A stretch of 61,708 nt of DNA, counting the filler, from Basidiobolus ranarum (Eukaryota): assembly GCA_040143965.1 (NCBI GenBank). It is 21 parts of 21 records of this genome, joined end to end, with 100 filler letters (N's around TTAATTAATTAA, not from the genome) between each part and the next. Parts side by side here need not be neighbours in the genome. Positions count along the whole stretch, not along the records: positions 11,820 to 14,671 come from JASJQH010009798.1; positions 14,772 to 17,622 come from JASJQH010009799.1; positions 17,723 to 20,571 come from JASJQH010009800.1; positions 20,672 to 23,519 come from JASJQH010009801.1; 17 more parts are not named here. One strand, written 5' to 3'. Made by a program: the position numbers and the translations under genes. The notes beneath the pieces were generated by a model that did not search any database, was not told the origin of the DNA, and saw nothing but the letters and a program-made list of their open reading frames with translations. Below are positions 12,089-23,619 of the stretch, piece after piece (position 1 is the stretch's first letter; each line of letters starts with the position of its first letter).

Positions 12089-13067
12089 TACCAACCAGAT
12101 TACCGGTATTACCACTGTTGGCGACAAAATGATTTCAGTAGGTATGGATGATCATTTACGTGTTGCTACCATCACCGATGGAAAATTCAGGTATATCTTT
12201 GATTATGTCGAGTAAGCGATCCGTCTTTAACTAAATTCTGTAGCTCTGTCTCTGTTGCGACTGGGGTTCTCCCGAAGGGTGTCTCTGTCACAACTGATGA
12301 AACCTCAGTAGTCGTTTCCACTGAAGGAATCGCTTTGATCAGAGATGGGAAGTCTGTTAGTCAGTTATCCATCGACTACCTTCCAAACTCCATCGCCATT
12401 AACCCCGATAATGATATGGTTGCAGTTGGAGATGATGTAAGATATCCTATTTCAACTCATTTGTTTCTTTGACAATAAGAAATTTAAACTGGAATGGTTG
12501 TTTAGACGGAGAAGGTGTATCTGTATAAGCTAACTGGAGAAGAATTGGTGGAAGACGGAGTGTTAAGCAATAATCGTGGTGCTGTCTATTCACTAGCATT
12601 TTCTCCTGATGGTTCATTGCTTGCTGCAGGTGATTCTCGTGGCAAAATCATGGTTTATGATGTTGCTACCAAACAGGTAAAGTGAAATATCCTTGTGGAA
12701 CACGGTGCCAATTTTCCTCACCTTTTCTATCCTTACAGGGCAAGATCTCACGTTGGGTGGTCCATACTGCTCGTGGGAACAGTGTTGCTTTGTCACCCGA
12801 TGGTTTGCACTTAGTGAGTGGCTCACTAGACACTAATGTTTATGTTTGGAGTGTTGAGTCTCCCATGAAGAAAATTACTATTTATGGTATGCTATGGATA
12901 TGGATCGTTAACTATATTTGCGTCTGGCCAGTTGAAATAACCCATTTATCTACTTACTAGGTGCTCATCAAGTTGCTGTCACTGGTGTTGTATTTGTAGA
13001 TGAGGAGACCATCGCCACAGTAGGCCAAGATGCTGCCCTCAAAATGTGGTCACTTCAGTACCACTAG
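12089..13067 (+). CDS. AIP1: Actin-interacting protein 1 (AIP1/WDR1), 3' part; 5' end replaced by copia DNA
   Basis: Introns 12191-12243, 12437-12505, 12677-12738 and 12887-12960 (GT-AG) give an open WD40 frame: TNQITG..SVGMDD..LAFSPDGSLLAAGD..HTARGNSVALSPDGLHLVSGSLDTNVYVWSVESPMKKI..GAH..TVGQDAALKMW; stop TAG 13065-67; AATAAA downstream. Confidence 0.85.
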
Positions 13068-13918
13068 ACTAGTCAGAATATCCAATATTGCTGCATCATT
13101 ACTATATTATTTGGATTTAACTCAAATAAATAAACAGAAAGTCCAGACATAACCAATTAACTCGGTTCTATCTATAAGAATCTGCAGACTCAAAATCATG
13201 AACAGCTCCACAGTATCTCAATTTTCCAACACATCAAGTGTTGTATTTACCAATGCTAAGTTCTGCCAAGTGACGCTCTCTTTGTTGTATATAATTGCAC
13301 CTTTGACGGCGTTTCTTTTAATTATACACAATATTCTCCAAGAATATAGGGTATATTCATGGTAACCATTATTTGAGGATAAATTCACTATACAATATTC
13401 AAGTGCTCTTTGCAATATTCTTTTACATCTATCCACCTGCATTCTAACATACAGTCCACCTTCACGAAAATATTAGATATTACAAATACGCTTATCCCAT
13501 GCAGTAATTCAGTTTATCGTGCACAAATCGTTTCAAGACAAATGGATCTTTTATGCAAGTGCAATTGTATCGCATGTGGACTATCATTGACTATCTAACA
13601 TAATTAATTAATTTTGATCGTCTACCATGGTGCAAATGCAATAAAACACCAAGCCAATTTTACATACAATGTAGGGTTTCTTTTAGTTCATGCGAAACAC
13701 ATAGAATAGAATATTCGAAGAGATAAAAAGCAAATGTAGAGAATTATGAAAATAAAGCTGAAAACTTTGGTTTTTTTTGACGGAAGGGGGCTTTGGATTT
13801 TTACAAAAACCTTTCTAACATGCGTCTCCAATAAGTCCATGTGGTGTTAATGGATGATTTGCTTTCATAAACGCTACCAAGATTCGGTAGATGGGTAATG
13901 TAACCCAGTATAACGAGC

Positions 13919-14613
13919 TTAGCCTCTGGTTCTTCTAAGATTTCTACGTCCTTGATTACCTGCTGCAGAAGTAAAACTAGCGAAAGTATCTTCATCACCG
14001 GCATTCTACAAACATGGTTTTTATGATTAGTAAGAAATAATCTGTACATTTAGAGTACTATCTTTGCTTACGTTATCAACTTGTGAGCTTAAAAAGTTCA
14101 ATTTTGACTGCCGTCCACCTCTAGAAAGAACACCAACTGAACGATTACTTGACTGAGTAGCTTCAGTACTATTTATTTATCTATATGATTAGTATCTATA
14201 TTATTACTAGGATTAAAGGAGCACTTACTTTGTTGCTTTTCGCTTCCTTCCCCTGGTAGAAGTACTGGGGATTATTTCTTCTTCAACATCATCATTCTCA
14301 GGTGGGGTCGGTTCGACTAGTACATCATCTTCACTAATTTCCTGCAAAGTTGGATTTGATATTAGCTTATCAATCAAATTCACAGCAATGCTATGGCTGT
14401 ACACGTTACAGATTCAGACGGTACAATTTTGGTCCGACTTCGGGCTGTCCTTGTGCTTTTTGCAACAACTTTAGGACGACTAGTGGTGGCAGCAGCTTTC
14501 CTGCCACCCCGTTTACTTGCAGTTGCTATTTTTCGAATCTTAAGTGGTACAACAATCTCGTTCTCTGAACTAGACTGAACATCCGACGCATTTTCACTTC
14601 GTTCCTTGGTTGA
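13919..14613 (-). CDS. 3' exons of a gene with a disordered, charged C-terminus; resembles fungal MRE11 C-tails
   Basis: Exons 14613-14410, 14341-14229, 14168-14072 and 14005-13919 splice in frame (GT-AG): ..KRGGRK..EISEDD..RGRKRK..RGGRQSKLNF..DEDTF..RRNLRRTRG*. The gene is well supported; the MRE11 identity is only a resemblance. Confidence 0.6.
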
Positions 14614-14994
14614 CTAATTCAGAGTAAATGATAAGTTGAAGTCATCATTCCCATGCAAGAAGAATAAACAANNNNNNNNNNNNNNNNNNNNNNNNNNNNN
14701 NNNNNNNNNNNNNNNTTAATTAATTAANNNNNNNNNNNNNNNNNNNNNNNNNNNNNNNNNNNNNNNNNNNNATGACAAAGGGTATGGTGGTTACAAACAT
14801 CAGGTATCGAAAACACTTAAAGGAGTGTCTTCGAAGTGGCATAGAAGTTCTAAAAACTACGATGTCCAAAGGCTATTGAATGAACGCCTCTTAACTTTGA
14901 ACATAATGATGCCTCTTTTGGCTTATTGCCTCATGTTCATTATGGTTTCAAACAAATCACTTGTAGAGTTACTTGCGCTCCATGTCAATTGTTT

Positions 14995-15225
14995 ATTGGC
15001 TGCACACTTGATTAGATTGAACGCGCATCATCAAAATAAGTAACTTGTCCTATGCCTGTACTTAAACAAGCTTGCAAAGAACTCAAGTTTAAATACGTCA
15101 GTGTCAGTATATATATATATATGACCTGACCAATTGGATGTCGGTTGGCTTTATATTTTGTGACATGTAACAGGAATGTTGTCGGTGTACTCTGTGAACC
15201 TATATAGTGTTGCTAGGTTTATTGG
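14995..15225 (+). repeat. ~230-bp block repeated at about 16670-16940
   Basis: Shared GCACACTTGATTA..AAATAAGTAACTTGTCCTATGC..AAGCTTGCAAAGAACTCA..ATATGACCTGACCA. Confidence 0.85.
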
Positions 15226-15313
15226 TAAATGCAAAAAGCCATTTAAATATGCGACTACAAAGGGCCAAACTTCAACCTGTAAATGAATTCGTAACTAAGT
15301 AACCTGCTACATT

Positions 15314-15615
15314 TAGATCATGTTTCTAGATCATGTTTCTAAATCATGTTTCTAGATCATCAAGGACAATAGTAACGAGTTTATCTCTTTGAAAGATTGA
15401 TTCAGTTATCATACCTTCAACAAAGGATTTTACTTCGTGAATAATACTGATCTCGAACTCTCCGTGGTTTGTCTAAAATAAGCACTTGTCATGATTGGCT
15501 GCGCACTTGATGAAATAAAAACCGCATTATCAAATAGTACTTCTAGTCAGGTTAGAAATGAACTGTACTCAATCAACTGTACTCAATCAACTGTACTCAA
15601 TCAACTATACTCAAA
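15314..15615 (+). repeat. Minisatellites (TAGATCATGTTTC)x~3.5 and (AACTGTACTCAATC)x~4
   Basis: Read directly at 15314-15360 and 15561-15613. Confidence 0.85.
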
Positions 15616-15832
15616 AAAGATTACAAAGATTTTGGGTTAGATTACATCATTGCCACTGTCAACACCATCAGGTTAGTTAGGTATTCGGAACAAGTGCTCA
15701 TAACGTCAATATCAAATCAAGTCCAGTTGCTACAGCCAGTGTGACACTACTCGCACCTGGTAAATTTGCTCAAGTAGTATTGTATCCCTCTCTACAAGAA
15801 TACTTTGATATTATCTGATACTTAGCGCCAAT

Positions 15833-17160
15833 GACTACTGACTAATGACGAAGGGTATAATTCCAAGAAACAAGAGGTATGAGAAACATTTAAAACAGAG
15901 TCTTCGAAGTGCTAAAGACTACTGACAAATGACGAAGGGTATTGTGATAACAAATGACGGGTATGCAAAATACTCAAAGTAGAGTCAACGCAGTTCTAAA
16001 GACTGCTGGAAGACAACAAAGGGTATGGTGCCAAGTAAGAAGCGGTAAGCGAAACACCTGAAGGAGATATACAAAATATTCACGACTGCAGACAGATAAC
16101 AAAGGGATGGTCCAAAGAAACGACCCGTATTCTGACCACTTGAAGTAAAGCCTACGCAGTGCTAACAACTGATGACAAATGACGAAGAGTGTGGTGCCAA
16201 GAAACGTTGGGTATGGGAAACACTGATAACAGAGTCTAAGAAAAGAGCGGTATGAGAGACGTTTGAAGCACAGTCTACACAGTACTAAAGTTTACCGACC
16301 AACGAAGAAGGGTACGATAATAACAAACGACGGGTATGCGAAAGGCTTAAATGAGAGTTTTCGCAGTGCTAAAGACTACTGAGAAATGACATAAGGTATG
16401 GTGCTAAGATGCGAGCGGTATGGGATGCACTAAAAGGACTGTCTGCACAGCGCTAAAGCCTCCTGAAAAATGATCAAGAAAATAATGCCAAAAAAAAGTG
16501 GGTATGGGAAACACCTAAAGCAGAGTCCACGCAGTGCTAAAAACTACTGACAAATGACGAAGAGTATAGTGTCAAGAAACCAGCGGTATGTGACACACTA
16601 AAAGCAAAGACTTACAAACCAGTACGAGCAAATCAGCAGTAAGCTTTGGTCATTCCACGCACCATTCCACGCACACTTGATTACATTGAACCCGCATCAT
16701 CGAAAGTTTACTTCAAAATAAGTAACTTGTCCTATGCTTGTACTTAAACAAGCTTGCAAAGAACTCAGGTTTAAATACGTCAGGGTCAGTATAAATATCA
16801 TCGAGTTAGTCAAAGCTTATATGACCTGACCATTGGGATGCGGCTTGGCTTTATGTTTTGTGATTTGTTGGTGTACTCTGTTTAAATGTTGTGCAAAACA
16901 TTTGTTGATTATGTAAACCTATATATGTTACGATAGGTTTGTAAAAGAATTAAAGGAGAGTCTACGCAGTGATCAAGATAACTAATAAATGACAATGGGT
17001 ATGGTGTCAAGAAACGAGCAATATGGGACACACTAAAAGGAGAGTCTACGCAGTGCTAAAGACTGCTAACCAAAGATGAAAGGTATGGGGTCTACAACCA
17101 GGCGGTATGGGACACACTTAAAAGAGAATCCACGCAGTGCTATAGACTACTGATAAATGA
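15833..17160 (+). repeat. Degenerate 84-bp tandem array (9 units, then ~3 more)
   Basis: Unit starts at 15833, 15917, 16001, 16084, 16167, 16290, 16374, 16458, 16542, then 16977, 17061, 17145; consensus GACTACTGACAAATGACGAAGGGTATGGTGCCAAGAAACGAGCGGTATGGGAAACACCTAAAGCAGAGTCTACGCAGTGCTAAA; another unit at 14772-14866. Confidence 0.92.
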
Positions 17161-17552
17161 TTATCATAACTATCTTAATTTTTATTAAAATCAATAGTTG
17201 AACTCTTAATGAAAGTCTCATCCAAACAAAGAAAAAGTAAAATAAACTTCAATTTCAATCCATTGCGATATCTCAAAATGCTATGTTATCAATACTTACG
17301 CCAAATACTCACGCCACGCGGTAATATCAGGTATTGCCGAGACTTATTCCAGAAATCATGGGCCTATAAATATATATATATATAAGTGGACCCTGTCAAG
17401 CACAGTATTAACAAGTATCTTGGTAATGAGTAGTACATGGTGAGCAATCGGTGTGTGCAATCAGTTCAACCGTAATTAACCCAAAATTTGACTTTGTTAA
17501 TGGGAACTCATTTGCAAATCGACCGTATTGTGATACAAGTCAATATACTATA

Positions 17553-17622
17553 CCATACCCTTTGACTTGTTCACATACCCTTGGACTTGTTCACATACCC
17601 TTTGACTTGTTCACATACCCTT
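17553..17622 (+). repeat. 20-bp tandem repeat (TT(T/G)GACTTGTTCACATACCC)n running to contig end
   Basis: Three near-identical copies plus a partial one. Confidence 0.9.
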
Positions 17623-17722
17623 NNNNNNNNNNNNNNNNNNNNNNNNNNNNNNNNNNNNNNNNNNNNTTAATTAATTAANNNNNNNNNNNNNNNNNNNNNN
17701 NNNNNNNNNNNNNNNNNNNNNN

Positions 17723-18399
17723 TGTTATCGAAGGATCAAGGAGCTCTAAGACGGCATAACATTTCAGACACAAGAACTTTTCCAGTTGAATATTACCAAC
17801 CAAGTTACCAGCATAAAAATACCCCAGGTACCACACACTTATCAACCATGGATAAAGAAGGTGGAGCAGTGGCTTTGACCACCACTATCAATCTTGAATT
17901 TGGATCTAAAGTTATGGATCATGAAACTGGTATTGTTTTCAATAATGACATGGATGCTTTCTCTTCACCTGGATTGGTGAATGTATTCGGATTGCTTCCA
18001 TCGCCAGACAATTTTATCCAACCTGGCAAACGTCCACTCTCATCCATGTCACCAACCATAGTAGAGACCGACGGGTATCCATCTTTAGCAGTGGGTGCTA
18101 GTGGTGGTAGTTACATAACAACGGCAACCATCCAAGCCATTCTCAATATATACGATTTGGCTGAAAGCGTCGATAAAGCAATTGCTGCACCTCGTGCTCA
18201 TCATCAGCTAATGCTGGATGAAGTGACTGTAGAGCCACAATACGCTGAACATTACATTAAATCTTTGGAAGCACTCGGACACAACGTTACCAGATTGGCT
18301 ACCACACAATGTGTGGTCCAAGCAGTTGCTAGACTACCAAGTGGATATTTCAACGCTGCATCAGATTCTAGAAAAAGAGGAGTTGCTGCTGCGTTCTAA
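17723..18399 (+). CDS. ggt: Gamma-glutamyltranspeptidase, 3' part
   Basis: Frame open from 17725; autocleavage motif GTTHLS (Thr at 17830), TTTINLEFGS, NNDMDAFSSPG, PGKRPLSSMSPTI, GASGG, AASDSRKRG; no intron in this part. Confidence 0.95.
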
Positions 18400-18978
18400 G
18401 TAGATACTCTTAGGAGAAAAAAGCGTTGGTTTTAAGTATAGAAATAGAAACAAATTAGTTGACAAGAATAAATAAACAATAATAGTGTTACAACAACCCC
18501 TAATCTTTGCATATTACACAAAGAGATATTGTAGCAAGTTACGTCAACATAAATAAGCTTTTTTAACTAACCCTAAGGCATCTTGACCAATCAAAGATTC
18601 TACGCTCTTACCAAGAGGGCATAAGTGGTGGTGTCGAGATATAAGCGTTACCAACTTAAGAAAACTTAGCTAACCCTATATATATACAATATGAGCTACG
18701 ATTTAATCTGTTCAACATCCCGGACCACAAATCCACCTATGTTGTTCACAAGACACTCCAATTGCGGATTCACTCTTACAATTATGCTGACCGCCTACAT
18801 ACATTGTTCGTGCATTGATAGAAACAGCGTCCATTCCTCAGCCCTACAGTAGTCACGTATCTTCACAAGTCAAGAGAGTAATTATTGTGTGTCAGTGTAT
18901 TCGAAAGTTATCTCTTGTTTGTATAAACGGCCTGACCTGGATGCTTGTATTTTCATATATTAAACACTCTCAGTTATC

Positions 18979-19247
18979 ATGCTTTTTTGTACAATTTCTT
19001 CTTGATAGGTGCTGCCATAATTTCTCTGCTCATGCCAGCCAGCGCCACTCCTAATCATCTAAGGTCTATAGTCCGAGATACCCAGATCAGCGATGGAAAA
19101 TGGGTGCCAAAAAGCTCGCATATTACTCTCACAGGGGATGTCAACTCCTTTGGCCAACACTTTATTCAGGCAAGCTACACTGACAAAGACGGAAAGACGC
19201 ATTCTGGAGAAATCAACCGTGGTAATCATGGAAATTACAAGCCATAA
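18979..19247 (+). pseudogene. Putative small secreted protein with a frameshift in a T run just after the ATG
   Basis: ATG at 18979 is out of frame with the signal-like LYNFFLIGAAIISLLMPASA-TP; TATAAA at ~18922. Confidence 0.4.
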
Positions 19248-20099
19248 TTTACCCATTATCAATCATGGTAGCTTAGTTGCTATTTAATATTTGCTACATG
19301 ATAGTCGCTATACAATGGTTGATCTATTCTCTAACTATTCATTCTGAAAGAGTTGCTATTAAGAGTTGCGTCTTACTAAAATATACATAAAGAGACTAGG
19401 TGGTAGTTAACAATAACAGAGACTTCGGCACATCACTGAAGAAAGTCAATGAGACTCGTACGGCAAATCCTAGATATGGTATATGGTGAATGCCTGAGTA
19501 AACTACAGTAATTCGTAAGTGTTGAGGAATTGAAACTATGATATTAGGTGCATTACTTCAGGTGGATTCCCTAATTTAGGTATAATAATAATGATGGCTA
19601 AATATCTGTTAGGGTTAGGGTTGAAACTGATAGATCATTGCTTCTTTGACAAATAGGAACTGTGGTAAACCAAGACAAGGTACGACATGAAACTAACCCT
19701 ATCAGTAACACTAACAGTGTATCGTAGTTCATGGTTGTATTGAAGGGTATATATATTGCATGAAAAGAGACGAAAAGTGATGGAAAGTGATTATTAACTA
19801 TCCTCTATTGGTTATGTGTAAGGCTTGGTCATCTCTATTGGTTATGGGTAAGGCTTGGCCAGAGTTCGGCTTACTAAGAACCTCTCGTAGGTAGAACAAT
19901 TGTCAGAGTAAATGTTAATTGCTTCGTGTGTTACTGTCGGAGTATAACCAGCTAATACAAATATATGTGATATTACAGTAAATTGAAAAGATTTACTACG
20001 AAAGTAGAAGTTGAGTTAAAGTAGAAGCTGAGTTAAAGTACAAGCCGAGGAAGCTGTAAATATGCTATTATTACTCTAATAGTTACAACACTTAGAGAT

Positions 20100-20571
20100 A
20101 TGCCAAGTTACTTCCTAAATAGGTAAGAAATTTATATCACATGCTGACAACGTAGATATACAACTAACCTTATCTTGCAATTAATCCCTTTTTAGCATAT
20201 TTTGCAACATGTCGAAATTAATCAACAACATGAACTTACTACAAGCCCTCGTTCATACAGCCAAAAACTATCCAACCCGGGGCCTTTACTATATCAATAG
20301 CTCCGACGATATTACAAATTCTTCCTTCGACAGCTACTCCAGTCTTCTTACGCGGGCATATAATATTGGCCAAGAGCTACGTCCACTCACACAAAATACC
20401 TCTCGCCAAATAGTTGTACTGTATTTTGACAATCATCAGGATACAATCAATCACTTTTGGGGATCGTTAGCTGCTGGTTTTCTACCGTGTATTCTTGGGA
20501 CATTGAAAGGTGATGATGAGAAAAAGGAAATGGAACTCTCACATCTCGATACTCTGTTCAACAAGCCCATC
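20100..20571 (+). CDS. NRPS-like (A-T-TE type) adenylation-domain protein, N-terminus
   Basis: Exon 20100-20122, intron 20123-20195 (GTAAG..CTAAC..TAG), in frame with ORF 20209; IVVLYFDNHQDTINHFWGSLAAGFLPC...LSHLDTLFNKP fits the N-terminal pattern of fungal aryl-pyruvate dimerising NRPS-like enzymes. Confidence 0.75.
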
Positions 20572-20749
20572 NNNNNNNNNNNNNNNNNNNNNNNNNNNNN
20601 NNNNNNNNNNNNNNNTTAATTAATTAANNNNNNNNNNNNNNNNNNNNNNNNNNNNNNNNNNNNNNNNNNNNTAATTTGTAAGTTATAAACTAGGGGATGA
20701 ACTTACTTTGTCAGTTGCCCAAAATTGTAATTTGGCAATACTAAATTGG

Positions 20750-20948
20750 GTAACTTGGTACGGGCTGGCATGATATCTCCAATAAAATCATTGTGTCCAA
20801 TTGTGGTGGGATAGTGCCATATTGTTCCTTATAGTGTCCGATCAAGTGTTATAGGACCCAGCCATGGTAATTGACATAGCATGCCAGATGGTGTACTTGC
20901 AGGCTGGATCAAGTGGCATGATCTGGCCTGGTCTGATAGAACAAGTCT
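20750..20948. mobile_element. MITE-family right end (GAACAAGTCT then ATT); left boundary uncertain
   Basis: TIR matches 36193-36202; internal GATAGTGCC motif shared with the family. Confidence 0.55.
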
Positions 20949-21029
20949 ATTCTGAAGCAACTAGTCAACAGCTAGAGAGTTACTCAACAATGATACAAGA
21001 CATTCAGAATGCTGTACATGAGCTATAGC

Positions 21030-21544
21030 TGTAATGATTTTATCTTGGTATACTCATCTACTACAAATAAAACTCTTCTATTATCAGATTATGACATTAT
21101 ATCTGCTTTGCCATCCTTTCTTGGCAATCTGGTGTTAGTTCATCCAGGTTACCATACATGAAAGTCATGTTCTTTGGAACATTCCATGAGACCTAACAAA
21201 TCATGTCATTCCACACATTGTGTATTTCTGCCAAGACCTTCCAAGCAAGATCACCTTATTATTCTTACATCATCCCTCTTTGTATTGGTTCTTGTAGTCC
21301 CCAACACCCTAACACTTGAACTTGCCACTATATATTCCCTATTCAGTATATTTTGTTTGACCCTGTAATATCTATATAAGCTTCATATATTTTTTTAATG
21401 CCAGTTATTAATGAAGATTCTTGCCTAAGTATCTTCCCTATCTAGTCTTGTCTTGACTTGTCTTATGGTCTACACCCAAGTATCCTCCTGCTTTCTATCC
21501 TCTTATTGCTCTTTCCAGTCCTTGTCCAGTTTGGTATTGTGATA
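21030..21544 (+). repeat. Gypsy LTR (same family as 6817-7350), solo-like
   Basis: TGTAATGAT...TTGTGATA, collinear with the other copies; no clear TSD. Confidence 0.85.
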
Positions 21545-21839
21545 TCAGCAACATGATGCTCCCTCTGTCCATTCTTGTACAAAATATCAATCAATCCCAC
21601 ACCATACCTATGAGCATTATTGTGACAATCTAGTGGAGCAGAACATGTGGTAAACCATTAGACCTACAAAATAACCCAAAATTGCTTGCACACATGAAGG
21701 TTGAAATCTGGTAGCAAAGCCAGCAAACAAAAAGACTCTGAATGTCAGAGCTGCCATCACTTGCACTGATAATTAGTGGTTCAACATTTTGAAAACTGTG
21801 TGGAATCTTACCTGAAAGTGGAATCTGGCCCAAAATCAA

Positions 21840-22296
21840 AAAAAAACACTTAGAAGTGTCATGCTACAAAGACATCAAAAATCAGTCAAAGTGCCTGAGG
21901 AGTGTTTTAAAAAGTATGAAGGGAAAAGCACAGTGCAAGTATGTTGAAAGTGGCTTCAGAAGAACAACATAAAACATGGCATTCAGTCTTGTGTTAACCA
22001 TGCAAATATCTGGAAAGAACATAGCAGAGTGGTGAAATACTGCATGGTATCCAAGAAATAGCTGGAAGAATATTGATTCAGCAATTTTAATGTGCCAATC
22101 CATAGTTCTCTGAGATTGTAGCCAATCTTGTGCAATTACTTTGCAAGATCTTGAAATTTCACTGCTGACACTAAAAAAATTGATTAGAATTAAATCTAAC
22201 ATGACAATTTTATGATGGTAAGTAAATGGGCAATCCATGTTGAATTAAAATTGTGATGTTTTTCCTACAAAACCAATCCTGATATTTCTGTTAGGG
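21840..22296 (+). mobile_element. End of a DNA-transposon-like repeat terminating in ...ATTTCTGTTAGGG
   Basis: Homologous to the reverse of 52311-52912, 55102-55845 and 47272-47716. Confidence 0.7.
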
Positions 22297-23340
22297 CCCA
22301 TGGCTAAAGCAATAACACTGCATAGCTCAATCTGGTTCACAAAGAAGTCTTTCTTGCTGCTTTCCTAGAAATATTGACAGATTATTGCACAAACAAATTT
22401 GTCTAGATTATAGATTTACTTACTCTTAGTCCATGGATGGGGTTTTGTTGCAGTTATTGTGCTCAAACAGAGCAAAAACCCATGGGCACATTAAAAAGAG
22501 CCCTTTGTTGGCAGGTTAATATACTCAGGACCCTCTTTCAGTGATTGCACTACATTGATCACAGATTTTGCTCACACATTGTGAATCCAATCAGCATATG
22601 ATAATACTGTCAATATAAACAGAGCATCATATCACTCCATGTGTGCTCCATTGGGAAATCCCAAAATGTATAACAAGGGCCTAGAATCTCTAAACATTGT
22701 GAAAGATGCAGTGGGAATGTATTGAATACTGGCACAAATGCCCTCTGTCTTCTTTAAGACTGTTACACAGTCTTTCATATCAAATTTGAAAATCTTTGAC
22801 AGTAGCTGTATATGCCCAAAATCAGTCGATGTTAGTTGCTGCTGTAAGAGTATGTTTACAATATTCACAAATCAATCCCAATGGGACAGATACAAATCAG
22901 GCAGAAATCTTTTCAAGATTCCACTTGAATATATACAAATCCAATACTTCAAGTATTTGTATTTAAATAAACACCTAGATAATCTGTATAAATGCATAGA
23001 TAAGTGGAAATTGATGGGAGTACTGGTAAAATATGATGGTATCTTGATGTTTTCAAGCATTTTCCCAATGGATTCACACTTGGATTCTAGCTCATAGGGC
23101 TCATTTCTATTGAGTTTTCCATTGTATTGCTTAGTAATTAGTTTTGGAAAGTCCTTAAATAGTAAGAGCAGAGTGCCTACTGGGACACTCTGGCTCCAGC
23201 TGATCCCCTTTGTCAAAACAATCTCAGGATTATGGCTAATCCCAAATTTGATGTTAGACTGACTCTTTGGTAAATTGATATCAGTGGGCATATTGAAATC
23301 TAACCAGGCTCTTGATGTTAACTTCATGGAGCTTGGTGTT
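22297..23340 (-). mobile_element. Degenerate Transposase_21 (CACTA/EnSpm) gene, C-terminal part
   Basis: KYWICIYSSGILKRFLPD and IKIPSYFTSTP; homologous to 50079-50950 and 28380-28950. Confidence 0.8.
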
Positions 23341-23440
23341 AGACTTGTTCCATTTTATTGAGCCAGATCAGGCCAGCTAAAAAGTGTGCCAGCACAAATT
23401 GGCATGAATGGGCACTATCCGGCACGATGTTATTTACCAT
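23341..23440. mobile_element. MITE-family left end (AGACTTGTTCC)
   Basis: Interrupts the transposase sequence; carries GGCACTATCC motifs. Confidence 0.55.
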
Positions 23441-23619
23441 TTTGGAAACAGTATATTTTACTTATGTGGTATGTTTAAGAAAAGTACTTTTAGACATTAT
23501 TGCACATTCAAAAGATAATNNNNNNNNNNNNNNNNNNNNNNNNNNNNNNNNNNNNNNNNNNNNTTAATTAATTAANNNNNNNNNNNNNNNNNNNNNNNNN
23601 NNNNNNNNNNNNNNNNNNN

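Noticed and set aside
15833-17160. 84-bp array as a CRISPR array or C2H2 zinc-finger gene
   Set aside because: Whole units are homologous with no unique spacers and no cas genes; the consensus has stops in all six frames and no Cys/His pattern.
17553-17622. 20-bp terminal repeat as a telomere
   Set aside because: The C-rich strand runs toward the contig 3' end, the wrong polarity, and only about three copies are visible.
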